Positions 12,446 through 25,944 are shown, counted from the stretch's first letter. The stretch is 64,000 nt of DNA from Octopus sinensis (GCF_006345805.1 NC_043012.1:6200001-6264000); one strand, 5' to 3'. The notes: generated by a model not told the origin, from the letters alone. Made by a program: numbers and translations.

Positions 12446-12547
12446 CATCATTATTATCATCATCATTATTATTATCATTATTATCATTATTATTATTATT
12501 ATTATTATTATATTATTATTATTATTATTATTATTATTATCATTATT
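12380..12547. repeat. (ATT/ATC)n microsatellite
   Basis: Seen directly. Confidence 0.95.
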
Positions 12548-13025
12548 AAGTGAGAGAGTAGTGTATGCCATCAAATTGACACTGGGGTACAATTATACGA
12601 AGCCCAGTATACCTGTCTGAAAAGGGTACACCAGGCATATACATCACAACCACATGTGCGTGACATGGTAATCTTATATCAAGATAAACAGTGCATGACC
12701 TTACAGGTGGAGCCCAGTTGGAATTTTCTTAAGGTTGAGTCACTCAAAAGGTTCTTGAATAAGGTTTGTTTAGGGATGACTATGTTTCCTGAGGTGAATT
12801 GTTCAAACCCCAAAGAATTCCTCTCAACATATGGCTATGATGCTCCCCCACTACTTCTGCTCATGATCAGCCACTAACAGTTATGTTCATCTGGTTATGG
12901 TCAAATAACTGACACGCAAATCTGTGGTGTTGAGCAGAATATTTTCCCATCTTTTATACCAAGACAAAACAATGTTACATGATAACACTTCCAATCAGTT
13001 AAGATCAGAAGCCATGAGAGCCACT
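12548..13025 (-). mobile_element. Unclassified AAT-flanked repeat of about 560 bp (family R), internally deleted copy
   Basis: Antisense to 13950-14510 and 23890-24435. Confidence 0.75.
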
Positions 13026-13059
13026 GCCTGGTACTGCATTAGGCATATTATTATTACTA

Positions 13060-13167
13060 TCCTTTTGGGGGTTGATAAATTAAGTACCAGTTATTTACTG
13101 AGGGCGATCTAATCGACTTGTCCTCTCCTCCAAAATTTCGGGCCTTGTGCCTAGAGTAGAAAAGATT

Positions 13168-13226
<59 letters not shown>

Positions 13227-13910
13227 CATCATCATTATTATTATTATTATTATTATTGAGGTGGTGAACTGGCTGAATCATTAGCACGCTGGGCAAAATG
13301 CTTAGTGGCATTTTGTCTGTCCTTATGTTCTGAGTTCAAATTCTGCTGAGGTCGACTTTGCCTTTCATCCTTTTGGAGCCGATAAAATAAGTACTAATTG
13401 AGTCCTGGGGTTGATGTAATTGACTACCTGCCTCCTCCAAATTTCAGGCCTTGTGCCTATAGCAGAAAGGATTATTATTTGGCAGAATCGTTAGGATGCT
13501 GGGAAAAATTTTTAGCAGCATTTTGTCCATCGCTACATTCTGAGTTCAAATTGTGCGAAAGTCGATTTGCCTTTCATTCTTTCAAGGTTGATAAATTAAG
13601 TACCAGTTATGCACTGGGGTCAATGTAATCGACTATCCCCCTCTGCCAAAATTTCAGGCCTTGTGCCTATAGTAGAAAGAATTGTTATTATAGTTATTTG
13701 GGGAGCTGGCAGAATTGGTAGCACACCAGAGAAAATGCTTAGCAACATTTCGTCCATCTTTACGTTCTGAGTTCAAATTCAGCGGATGTCACCTTTGCCT
13801 GTTGTTCTTTTGGGCTCATTGAAATATGTACCAGTTGAGCACTGGGAGTGATGTAATTGACTAGCCCCTTCTCCAAAATTTTAGGCTTTGTGCCTATTGT
13901 AGAAAGGGTA
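13060..13910 (+). mobile_element. Cluster of four co-oriented SINE B copies (first partial)
   Basis: Repeated core and tail AATTTCAGGCCTTGTGCCTATAGTAGAAAG. Confidence 0.8.
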
Positions 13911-13949
<39 letters not shown>

Positions 13950-13952
<3 letters not shown>

Positions 13953-14510
13953 GCCCTGATGCATTACCAGGCAGTGGCTCTTGTGGCTTCTGATCTTAAC
14001 TGATTGGAAGTGTTATCATGTACATTGTTTTGTTTTAGTATAAAAGATGGGCTACAGCAAATATTCTGCTCAATACCACAGATTTGCTTGTCACTTGTTT
14101 CACCTTAACCAGTTGAGCATGTCCCTTAGTGGCTGATGATATATACATCTCTGATCATGAGCAGAAGTAGTGGGTGAGCTTCATAGCTATGTGTTGAGAG
14201 GAATTCTTTGGGGTTTGGATAATTCACCTTTGGAAACATGGGTAGTTCATTCAACATTCTTAAACAATCCTTATTCAAGGTCTTTTTGTTCGGGATGGGG
14301 TACTTTACCTGAAGAAAATTGTAACTGGGCCTCCCCTGTAAGGTCATACACTATTTATCTTGATATGTGATCATCATGTCACGCAAATATGGTTGTAATG
14401 CATGTGCCTGGTGTACCCTCATCAGACGGGTAGTCATGATGGGTATACTGGGCTTTGTATATTTTACCCCAGTGTCATTTTGATGGCATGCACTGCTCTC
14501 TCACACAATA
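13950..14510 (+). mobile_element. Family R repeat, full length
   Basis: Starts AATGCCCTGATGCATTACCAGGCAGTGG after (AAT)n, ends CACTGCTCTCTCAC before (AAT)n; matches 23890-24435. Confidence 0.8.
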
Positions 14511-14619
14511 ATAATAATAATAATTAAAAAAGTGGAGATGGAGAAGAAACAATAATTCCTATTGTCTCTGGCTGCCCAGTCCTGGTTAAGAAGGAATATA
14601 TTCATAAACATGACTGATT

Positions 14620-15185
14620 TGGGACATATATACACTGGAAGCTGTGCCAACATTATGGAATAACAACAGATAAAAGATGGTATAGGTACACACCAGAAAA
14701 GGTCACAGAAAATGAGAAAGCAAGCATACTCTGGAGTTTGCCAATACACACAGAGAAATTAAGGCCAATAGGCCGTATATAGTTGTCAGAGATCACCAAG
14801 AAAAAAAAATACTTTCTAATCAATGTATCAATACCAACAAATGATGACAATATTTCTCTAAAATAAATGGAGAAACTTTCAAAATACAAAGATCTAGAAA
14901 TAGAGATAACTCGAATGTGGAGCCTAAAAACAGAAACAATTCCTATCATAGTAGGTGCATTAGGTATGATAAAAAAATATTCAGACAAATACATAACAAA
15001 AACACCAGGACTTACAAGTAAATATAGCATACAAAAAGTAGCATTACTAGGCACCACACACATCCTACGTAAAACACTTTCAATACATTGAAAATAAGAG
15101 CACCACAGCAAACCACAGCACATACCCAAGGCACACAGAGCTACACTCGGTAGGGCAGTGAAAGCACGTGATAGAAATAAGACTA

Positions 15186-15190
<5 letters not shown>
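14620..15190 (+). pseudogene. R4/Dong-like non-LTR retrotransposon 3' end (restriction-like endonuclease)
   Basis: NRPYIVVRD...FLINVSIP (PD-D/ExK relic), EKLSKYKDLEIEITRMW, IPIIVGALG, IQKVALLGTTHILRK; ends in (AAT)n. Confidence 0.85.
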
Positions 15191-15235
<45 letters not shown>

Positions 15236-15239
15236 TAAT

Positions 15240-16410
15240 ATCTAAGACATATAAATTATTTTACATATGAACAATCATAGTTTGCAAATGGACATACTCT
15301 GTATAACCATACACAAGCATATGCTCTGCAGAATGATATCCAGATAAAATTACATAATTTACTGTTAAAAAAATAGACATCAGACACTTGTGGAACACAT
15401 CCTACACACCACCTGCAACTCACGTAGCTCACATAACTCACATACCAAAAAAACACACTGGAAGAGCAGAAAAGTGCACCTGGTGGCGCAGTAGAAATTT
15501 GCATGAAACTTTTGAAAACATAATAATAGCAACTGTTTCTAATTTGGGCACAAGGCCAGCAATTTTGAGGGAAGGGCGTTGGTTAATAGTCAAAATGAAT
15601 ACGTGACTGGTACAAATTCTATTGATCTTGGATGGATGAAGGGCAAAGCTGACCTCAGTGGGAATGTGAAATGCTAGAAGCCAGTTCTGTCAATGTATTA
15701 AGGATTTTAATATTGATAGAGAGAGTAAAGGTGGCAAGCTGGCAGAAACGTTAGCACACCGGGCGAAATGCTTAGCGGTATTTCGTCTGTCTTTATGTTC
15801 TGAGTTCAAATTCTGCCGAGGTCAAATTTGCCTTTCATCCTTTCAGGGTCAATGAAATAAGTACCAGTTACATACTGGGGTCAATGTAATTGACTTACCC
15901 TCTCCCCCAAATATCAGGCCTTGTGCCACAATAGTAGAAAGGATTACTATTGTTACTATTGACAGAACTGGCTTCTAGCATTTCACATTCCCACTGAGGT
16001 CAGCTTTGCCCTTCATCCATCCAAGATCAATAGAATTTGTACCAGTCACGTATTCATTTTGACTATTAACCAACGCCCTTTCCTCAAAATTGCTGGCCTT
16101 GTGCCCAAATTAGAAACAGTTGCTATTATTATGTTTTCAAAAGTTTCATGCAAATTTCTACTGCGCCACCAGGTGCACTTTTCTGCTCTTCCAGTGTGTT
16201 TTTTTGGTATGTGAGTTATGTGAGCTACGTGAGTTGCAGGTGGTGTGTAGGATGTGTTCCACAAGTGTCTGATGTCTATTTTTTTAACAGTAAATTATGT
16301 TATTTTATCTGGATATCATTCTGCAGAGCATATGCTTGTGTATGGTTATACAGAGTATGTCCATTTGCAAACTATGATTGTTCATATGTAAAATAATTTA
16401 TGTCTTAGAT
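15240..16410. repeat. 1.17-kb inverted duplication: arms 15240-15694 and 15958-16410, 263-bp spacer containing a SINE B
   Basis: Mirror-image ORFs in the track; by eye two substitutions and one 2-bp indel between arms. Confidence 0.95.
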
Positions 16411-16619
16411 CTTAAAAATGGGGCAAGATATGCTTTGAGTGACTTTCCTTTCATTGTAAGACTACTTGTTACTTCTTGTTTTATTTAACCAATCATACTT
16501 TAATAAAATATTCAGTACTGCTTAGTCCAATGATGGCTGCCTGATCAATAAACCACATGCCAAATCTCTTCTTATTTTGTCTAATTATTTATATCGTTAT
16601 AAGACAACTTGACGTAGTG

Positions 16620-16790
16620 TCTGTGCGTGCTTATTTCAGTTTTCGTCTACCAAATCCACTCACAAGGCTTTGGTCGGCCCGAGACTATAGTAGAAGACAC
16701 TTGCCCAAGGTGCCACGCAGTGGGACTGAACCCAGAATCATGTGGTTCGTAAGCAAGCTACTTACCACACAACCGCTCCTATGCCTATTA
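16620..16790 (-). mobile_element. SINE family A, 5' half
   Basis: Antisense head. Confidence 0.8.
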
Positions 16791-16943
16791 ACATAGAACC
16801 CTTGCACAATACACACATACACTCCCGCATGTGCCCATACACACACATACACACATCAACTGGATATCATCTTAGTACATGGGTAGAGGGGTTTTGATGA
16901 TCGAGCACACTGGAGATTGAACCTCTCTCCCCCCTCTCTCTCT

Positions 16944-16990
<47 letters not shown>

Positions 16991-17254
16991 TACACTCAAA
17001 AATTGAATTCATGAGCAGTTAGCTCCAACTTTTCAGAAGAAACCCTGGAGGCATCTTTGAAATTTAGAAAACACCACACACACAAGTAAAAAAAAAAAAA
17101 ATGAAAATCTTCATTTTTATTCTTTTGAGTACATTTCAAATCTGATCAGCATCAATTTTTGTTTTTCATTAATTACTTTTTTTAATTAATGATATGAATG
17201 AATGTGAAGTAAAATGAAAATATCAACACCAAATGGAAACTAAATCAGGAGCAA

Positions 17255-17288
17255 TATATATATATATATATATATATTATATTATATA

Positions 17289-17349
<61 letters not shown>

Positions 17350-17391
17350 TAATAATATATAATAATAATATAAATAATATATATATATATA

Positions 17392-17458
<67 letters not shown>

Positions 17459-17460
17459 TA

Positions 17461-17534
<74 letters not shown>

Positions 17535-17540
17535 ATATAT
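17255..17540. repeat. (TA)n/(AAT)n microsatellite
   Basis: Seen directly. Confidence 0.95.
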
Positions 17541-17544
17541 CATC

Positions 17545-17795
17545 CGTTCGTGGCCGTTTGCTTAAAAGCATCATCCGTTGGTGGCCATTTGCCAGCTCCG
17601 TCTGGCACCTGTGCGGGTGGCACGTAAAAAACACTCACTACACTCACTGAATGCTTAGCATTAGGAAGGGCATCCAGCCGTAGAAACACTGCCAGATCTG
17701 ACTGGGCCTGATGCAGCCTTCCGGCTTCACAGACCCCAGTTGAACCGTCCAACCCATGCTAGCATGGAAAACGGACGCTAAATGATGATGATGAT
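17545..17795 (+). mobile_element. RTE 3' UTR fragment with (GAT)n tail
   Basis: GCATTAGGAAGGGCATCCAGCCGTAGAAAC motif. Confidence 0.85.
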
Positions 17796-18157
17796 ATACT
17801 CATATATATATGCATATATGGGTAAAGGTCGTCACCAACAGTAAACAACATGAAATATGAAAACAAGCGAGTTAAATAGTCAAACAACGAGAGAAAAAAA
17901 AAATTGAAAAGAGGACAAGTAACACAAAGAATGACCCTTCATCAGTCATCGGCTGTCTATCTGCTCCTCATATCGAGCATTCAATGACAATATAAGTCTT
18001 CGAAGACAGTTGCTCCCATAACTGCCAAAATAAATTTGGGATTTTATGGAGGGTCAAAGTTGGGAAAAAAATAGGACAGTGGAGACATACAAGGGAACCG
18101 AAAGAAAACAAATATGGAGGGTCGTTAGACCAGAACGAGGGTAAACTGAATGCTGGA

Positions 18158-18210
<53 letters not shown>

Positions 18211-18589
18211 TAGTTATGGTATATTCTGTTAAGAATGTAGTAGAGTACTGTATAAAGCTCGTCCACCTTCAGGTTTACCCAGTGCTATCAAGTAGAGCAA
18301 CAACACACCCTGATAAAGCTCAGTGACTACTACTAAATCCAGGCCTCGACAGACAGAGAGGATGTTCTTGAGGCCAACGATTTTGAACTTACAGAGACAA
18401 TATTTACATATTGCCTGAGGACGCACAACTAGATCTCATAATGTAGGGAAACAGTTGCATAATCAAGTAGCTGCATGCCTGGAGAACAATGTTGTGGGGA
18501 AACAATTGTAGTGATTAAAAAATAAATGTCCAACCATACTCCTTCTTGTTGACTCCAATTTTTTCAATTATGTACATTAATGGTAGCTC

Positions 18590-18965
18590 TCTTTTACTCT
18601 TTTACTTGTTTCAGTCATTTGACTGTGGCCATGCTGGAGCACCGCCTTTAGTTGAGCAAATCGACTCCAGGACTTATTCTTTGTAAGCCTAGTACTTATT
18701 CTGTCGGTCTCTTTTGCCAAACCGCTAAGTTACAGGAATGTAAACACACCAGCATCGGTTATCAAGCGATATTGGGGGACAAACACAAACACACACACAC
18801 ATATATATATATACATATACATATATACGACGGGCTTCTTTCAGTTTCCGTCTACCAAATCCACTCACAAGGCTTTGGTCGGCCCGAGGCTACAGTAGAA
18901 GACACTTGCCCAAGGTGCCACACAGTGAGACTGAACCCGGAACCATGCGGTTGGTAAGCAAGCTA
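18590..18965 (-). mobile_element. SINE family A
   Basis: Full-length antisense copy. Confidence 0.88.
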
Positions 18966-20271
18966 CAGCTATATATTTCTTTTGTTGTTCACTTGTTTCA
19001 GCCATTAGACTATGGCCATGCTGGGGCACCACCTTGAAGAATTTCTAGTTGAATGAATCAACCCCTGAACTTATTAATTTTTTTATTTTTCAGCCTGGTA
19101 CTTATGTATACAATAAAAAAAACCCCATAAAAGCCTAGGTTTTTTACTCATCCTAACTGTAAGCTTACGCACTTAACCACTAGTTTACTGACTAAACCAC
19201 CAATTCTATAGTTTTTCAAGTCACTGACTAAAGATAAAGAATGCATTACATGATAATAAAATAAATAAAAATAATAAAATAATAAAAAAAAAGAGAGGGA
19301 GAGACTTATGTAAAGTTCGTCTGACAGAAAGAAATATTTGAAATAACAAACTAGCTAAGTAGACTGTAGTGAGCTGATAATATTGAACAGATTTGAATCA
19401 TGGCTGGGGGAGCAGGTAGAGTTTCTGGGTAACAAAACACCCAGGGTAGGTTGTTTGAGGTTACAAATAATGAAAAAGCAACCAACCTGGTTGAGAATTG
19501 ATTAACAAAGAACCAGTTAACAATAGGTAGAAATATATTTTAGTATTACTAATCAGAAGATAAGGATCTCAAGTCTCAACTATCTCCTCCTGTCACTCTC
19601 TTACTCCCTCCTACTTACTTTTTTTTAGAATTTATTATTTTTTTTTTGTTATGCTTTCAAAGTTTGTAAGTCTTTTTGTCACCTGATCAAGAACATGTCA
19701 AGAGAAAAACTCTGAGTATCAGTGGAATGAATTCTCAGTTTCTTCCAAATAAATGTAATTATCTACATGTATTTTGTAGCATTGTAAGTCTTTCAATCTC
19801 TCTCTCTCTCTCTTTTTCGTCCCCTCTCTCACTCTGATATAGATGATGATGATCATCATCATTATTCATTATCTTTATCCTCATCATCATCTTTTAACAT
19901 TGATGTTCCAAGTGTTCCAAGTGAAAGAATCCTGCAGAAGAAGAAGTGGGGGAAAACTATTTCTGAATAGGTTGTGCCTCATGAAGATGACAAAGTTTGG
20001 TAACAGTCAACATGATGCCCCATGCAAACATGGAAAAAAAAAATTATTTATGTAAAGATGATGGTGACAATAGACATGGCTGAGTGGTTAAGAAGTTTGC
20101 CTTCTAATTACATGGATCTGGGTTCAATCACCAACTCTAGTTCATAGGACAAATGAAATAATCTAATACTGTATCAGAATGAGATCGAACTTTGCCATTT
20201 CAGATAATACATTGAAATTAAATAATCATATTTTACTCCTTCTTTTATAACACCGAATATCTTTACAGATC

Positions 20272-22533
20272 ATCATCATCTTCATCGTTTAACGTCTGCT
20301 TTCCATGCTAGCATGGGTTGGACGGTTCAACTGGGGTCTGGGAAGCCAGAAGGCTGCACCAGGCCAGTCAGATCTGGCAGTGTTTCTACAGCTGGATGCC
20401 CTTCCTAACGCCAACCACTCCGAGAGTGTAGTGGGTGATTTTATGTGCCACTGACACAGGTGCCAGACGAGGCTGGCAGACGGCCACGCTCGGATGGTGT
20501 TTTCTTATGTGTCACCGACACAGGTGCCAGACGAGGCTGGCGGACGGCCACGCTCGGATGGTGTTTGTTACGTGCCCTCAGCATGGAGGCCAGTCGTTGC
20601 GGCACTGGCTACGGTCACGTTCGGATGGTTTTCTTATGTGCCACCGGCACTGGTACCACAAGGATACAAATTCCATTGATGTTCATCTATTTTGATTTGG
20701 TTCGATTTGATTTGATTTGATTTGATTCGATTCTCACTTGCCTCAACAGGTCTTCACAAGTGTCACAAGAAGGAAGGTATGCACAGGTGGACTGACTACG
20801 TCCCAGGTAGGGGCCACGGATTATGGCTTCACTATTCTTGCCAGGTCTTCTCACGCACAGCATACTTCCATAGGTCTCGGTCTCTAGTCATTTCCATGGT
20901 GAGACCTAACGTCCGAAGGTCGTGCTTCACCACCTCGTCCCAGGTTTTCCTGGGTCTACCTCTTCCACGGGTTCCCTCAACTGCTAGGGATTGGCACTTT
21001 CTCACACACCTATCTTCATCTATTCTCGCCACATGACCATACCAGCGCAATCGTCTCTCTTGCACACAACAACTGATGCTTCTTAGGTACAACATTCCTC
21101 TCAAGGTACTAACGCTCTGTCGAGTAAGTACACTGACATTACACATCCATCGGAGCATACTGGCTTCATTCCTCACGAGCTTACGCATGTCCTCAGCAGT
21201 CACGGCCCATGTTTCACTGCCATGTAGCATAGCTGTTCGTACACATGCATCATACAGTCTGCCTTTTACTCTGAGCGAGAGGGCTTTAGTCACCAGCAGA
21301 GGTAAGAGCTCCCTAAACTTTGCCCAGGCTATTCTTATTCTAGCAGTTACACTTTCAGCGCACCCACCCCCACTACTGACTTGGTCACCTAGATAGTGGA
21401 AGCTATCAACTACTTCTAGTTTTTCCCTCCGGAAAGTGACGGAAGTTGTTTTCTGCAGATTTTCGGAGGTCAATGCTCCAGAGCATCTGCCACATACAAA
21501 AACTATCTTCCCAGTTAGCCTACCTTTGACATTGCTGCACCTCTTATGTGTCCATAGCTTACACTGGGTACATCTTATAGAGTTTCTCCCTACACCTTTT
21601 CTACAGATCGAGCAGGGCCATCTTCCTGAGGATATTTGTGGATTTTCTACCTTTCTACTTATCAGTACTTTGGTTTTAGCTAGGTTGACTCTAAGGCCCC
21701 TCGATTCTAAACCCTCCTTTCACACCTGGAACTTCTCCTCCAGTTCTGATAGTGACTCAGCGATTAGAGCGAGGTCGTCAGCATAGAGGAGCTCCCAGGG
21801 GCAACCTGTCTTGAATTCCTCCACAATTGCCTGGAGGACTATGATAAATAGGAGGGGGCTGAGTACTGAACCCTGGTGGACCCCAACCTCTACTTTGAAT
21901 TCTTCTGTGTACATGTTGCCAACTCTAACCTTACTTACGGCATCTCTGTACATGGCTTGCACAGCCCTCACCAGCCATTCATCTATTCCTAGTTTCCTCA
22001 TTGACCACCAGATGAGGGATCGGGGGACCCTATCAAAGGCTTTCTCCATGTCAACGAAAGCCAGGTACAGGGGCTTATCTTTGGCTAGGTATTTCTCCTG
22101 CAGCTGCCTTACCAGGAATATAGCATCAGTGGTGCTTTTCCCTGGGACAAACCCAAACTGCATCTCATCTAAACTAACTCTCTCTCTAATTAGTTGGGCT
22201 ATGACCCTCTCCGTAACCTTCATTACCTGATCCAACAGCTTGATACCTCTGTAATTATTTGTATCCAGGGCATCACCTTTACCTTTGTAGCAGTTGACTA
22301 GTATGCTGCTACACCAGTCATTGGGTATGACTCCTTCGTGTATCACCTGGTTGACTATACGGGTGACTAGGTTATAGCCGACACTGCCAGATATTTTGAG
22401 CATCTCTGCAGTAATTCCTGATGGGCCTGGGGCTTTCCCTGTCTTCATGCTTCTAATTGCCTTAGCTACCACGGAACTATCAACTCGGATAGCTGGTCCC
22501 TCTGTTGGGTCAACATTCGGCAGACTCTCTTTA
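20272..22533 (-). mobile_element. 5'-truncated RTE-clade LINE (RT domain through 3' tail)
   Basis: ORF 21720-22472 has RT motifs (KTGKAPGPSG, NYRGIKLL, QFGFVPGKST, FVDMEKAFDRV, QGSVLSPLLF, YADD); ORF 20832-21473 is the C-terminus; 3' UTR has about 60-bp repeats and a (GAT)n tail. Confidence 0.97.
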
Positions 22534-23121
22534 TATAGACCAGAAACTCAGATGGAGTTGTCCATAGGAACAATAAAGTTGATTTCGCTAATACAGCATA
22601 CTTTTGAGGTTCTAAAATCCAGTTTAAGGAGACCAAACATCACCCTCCTCTTTTTAGCATCTTAGTTCTGTCTCTGTTTCAATCTGCAATCTTGTAACAA
22701 CATATAAATCAAATTAAAGATTGAAACAGCAAAGAGAATGGTTATTACAAACACAAACAACACGGATAATCTAAATTACTATTATTGACTCAATATTATC
22801 AGTCTCTAAGGTTTCAAAGCTAAGATGTTGCCTTTGATAATACTGTGAATTCTACATTTTTTTTTTAAATGTTGAAAATAATTCATAGGCAAAATGCTTT
22901 GTGGCAGTTAGTTTCATTCCTTAAAGCTTGTAGTTTTTTTTTGTTTTTCTAGTTTCAGCTCAGAGCTGCGGCCATGCTGATGCATGAGTTTATAAAATAA
23001 AATACCAGTTATCTACTGAAAATTTTAGAGTCTTGTCCCTGTTTCAAATATCAGTGGATTGGGAGTTTATGTACATATATATATATATGTGTATATGTAT
23101 GTATATATAATAATAATAATA

Positions 23122-23156
<35 letters not shown>

Positions 23157-23159
23157 GTA

Positions 23160-23310
23160 CATGGAACAAATAGGGGCTACAATAAGGGTGGAGCACTTGC
23201 AGAAAACAGCTCTGCTTGGAACCGCTTGAATACTCCGAAAGTTCATTGGCAGGGGACAGCTGACACTGTAGTACATCTCCAGTGTTAGAAGCTGTGCAAA
23301 GGCAATGATA
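23160..23310 (+). pseudogene. RLE-type LINE extreme 3' fragment
   Basis: VEHLQKTALLGTA*ILRKF motif, flanked by (AAT)n. Confidence 0.6.
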
Positions 23311-23629
23311 ATAATAGTAATAATAATGATGATGATGATGATAATAATAATAATAATAACTGTAAAGGTTGTGCCTATAATAATTGGTGTATAGGGAATT
23401 GTAAGTAAAGATGTAGACAAACGGTTGAAGGAGATTGGAATAGAGTGCTCTGTAGAACTTCAATAGAAAATTTGCCTCTTTGGGACAGGAAAAATTATCT
23501 AGAAGGTTCTAAGCACTTGAAAGGCTATTGGAAGCTTGTGAGTACCTAACGTTACAGGTAGTAACCTGCTACCTACACAAATCCTACCAGTAATAAGACT
23601 GAACCTGAGCCAAACCAAAATAATAATAA

Positions 23630-23850
23630 TAATAATTCTTTCTAATATAGCCAAAAGGGCTGAAATTTTGGAGGGGTGAAGGGGACTAGTTGAGTACATA
23701 TTAACCCCAGTGCTCAATTGGTACTTATTTTATCGATACTGAAAGGAAGAAAGTCAAAGTCGACCCCAGCGAAATTTGAATTTAGAATATGAAGGCCTGG
23801 AAGAAATTCTGCCAAGCATTTGGTCCAACATGCAAATGATTTTGCCAGTT
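23630..23850 (-). mobile_element. SINE family B (diverged)
   Basis: Antisense core GGTACTTATTTTATCGA...AAAGTCGACC. Confidence 0.7.
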
Positions 23851-23857
23851 CATTGCT

Positions 23858-23889
<32 letters not shown>

Positions 23890-23893
<4 letters not shown>

Positions 23894-24435
23894 GCCCTGA
23901 TGCATTACCAGGCAGTGGCTCTCATGGCTTCTGATCTTAACTGATTGGAAGTGTTATCATGTAACATTGTTTTGATTTGGTATAAAAGATGGGCTACAGC
24001 AAATATTCTGCTCAATATCACAGATTTGATTGTCAGTTGTTTGACCTTAACCAGTTGAGCATGTCCCTTAATTGCTGATGATATGTGTATCTCTGATCAT
24101 GAGCAGAAGTAGTAGGGGAGTACCATAGCCATGTGTTGAGAGGGATTCTTTGGGGTTTGGATAATTCACCTTTGGAAACCTGGGTGTTTCATTCAACATT
24201 CAGGAACTTTTTGAGCGGGATGGGCTACTAGACCTGAAGAAAATTCTAACTTGGCCCCCACCTGCAAGGTCATGCGCTGTTTATCTTGATATGAGATCAC
24301 CATGTCGCGCACATATGGTTGTGATGCATGTAACTGGTGTACTTTTATCAGACGGGTAGTCATGACGGGTATACTGGGATTCATATATTTGTACCCCAGT
24401 GTCACTTTGATGGCATGCACTGCTCTCTCACTCAA
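23890..24435 (+). mobile_element. Family R repeat, full length
   Basis: High similarity to 13950-14510; preceded by (AAT)n. Confidence 0.8.
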
Positions 24436-24452
24436 TGAAAATAATAGTAGTT

Positions 24453-24488
<36 letters not shown>

Positions 24489-24737
24489 ACAACCACATCA
24501 ATAGAAGAAGGATATTAATGAGAGAAAGGGCATTTAGCCTGAGAAACCATGCCAAAAATGGGAGATATGAGCAACATGTTCCAAGGAGGGCAGTCTCTCT
24601 GATAAGCCGATGCCAAAATGGAAAATGTATGTAAAATGAAGTTGATTTATTTTATCTGTCAGAAGGGTGATGAATGAAGAGGACATTACAAGAAGGGTTT
24701 ACAAAACTAGTGACTTTTATATTGAAATCATTATATG

Positions 24738-25133
24738 AATATATATAAAAGTGAAGTTGTGTGTCTGTCTCCTACGATTTAGATTCCTAACTACTCCCAC
24801 ATTTTGCGGTGCAGTTTAACCAAATTCGGGTATCTTATAGTCGTGATTCATATCGAGCCCGTCTGGGTATTAGCGCGCGTTTACGATGAGTCTACGATTT
24901 TAAAAATAATTTATCATCATTTTTTTCCATTTTAATACATTTTTTCGCTATTATATAAGGGAAGTAACTCTCTAAAAATGTCTACGATGAGTCAACGATT
25001 TAAAAAAAATTTACCATCATTTTTTTTCCATTTTTAATGCATTTTTTTTGCTATTTTTTGGCTATAACTCTCTAAAAATGCTTATATAGTTATTTCCCTT
25101 ACAAACCCAAGCAACGCCGGGCGATACTGCTAG
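24738..25133 (+). mobile_element. Non-autonomous Helitron-like element, about 395 bp
   Basis: 5' TATATATAAAAGTGAAGTTGTGTGTCTGTC; 3' GC-rich GCAACGCCGGGCGATACTG then CTAG|T (25130-25133); internal direct repeat of about 100 bp. Confidence 0.7.
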
Positions 25134-25880
25134 TGAATATATAAAAAAAGAATGCGAAAAAAAGAAGAAAAAAGCAAACATAGTAAATATAAATATAGAA
25201 AATGTATGAAATAAGACATTCCAATCAAAGGGGGCAGCCTTTAAGGGTTAATAAAGGAACCCCACTGATCTAGGACTTAACCCAGACTAATTATAACACC
25301 CAACTTAAAACAGAGTAATGGAGGTCTCTGTGCTTTCCATTGTCAATTTCATACTCATTAGCTAAGTAGTTTAATTAAGTTAGATATTGCCTACGTGCCT
25401 TCATTGTACCAATGGACAAACTTTATTGAAAATGTGTGTGTGTGTGTGTGTGTGTGTGTGAGTGTGTAGATAAAAACACATGAACAGTCATGCATACACA
25501 CACATACACACACGCTTATGTACAGACACACATACACAGTCTGTCTGTCTCTCTCTTTGTGTCTCTGTGTGTGTGTCTCTCTCTCTCTGTCTCTCTGTGG
25601 GTGGAATGCATTTTTTTTTAGATTGGGAATTAGATAAGATACAAATATTGCGCACAAAAGGACGAAGTAAATATCTCCTACCAACAATAACAATTATGGT
25701 AACAGTGAAGACAACAAGAACAACATGAATAAAAATAAAACAACACTAACTCCGTCTATCAACCACCCCCACTACCACCATGTGTCTGCTACAGTACATT
25801 TAGTAGCTTAGTCTAATAACGACCATACCACTATCAAACTTCTACCACCCACCTACAGATCTCCTCCTACAACTAGTGTT

Positions 25881-25944
<64 letters not shown>

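Noticed and set aside
16195-16210. Micro-exon between a strong acceptor (cttttctgctcttccAG) and donors gtatgt/gtgagt
   Set aside because: 12-16 nt of low-complexity sequence inside a duplicated arm, with no independent support.
17820-18150. CCGAUGA-CUGAUGA motif on the minus strand as a hammerhead
   Set aside because: No GAAA box or stem III in a workable topology; possibly a Penelope-like tail but not a supportable ribozyme.
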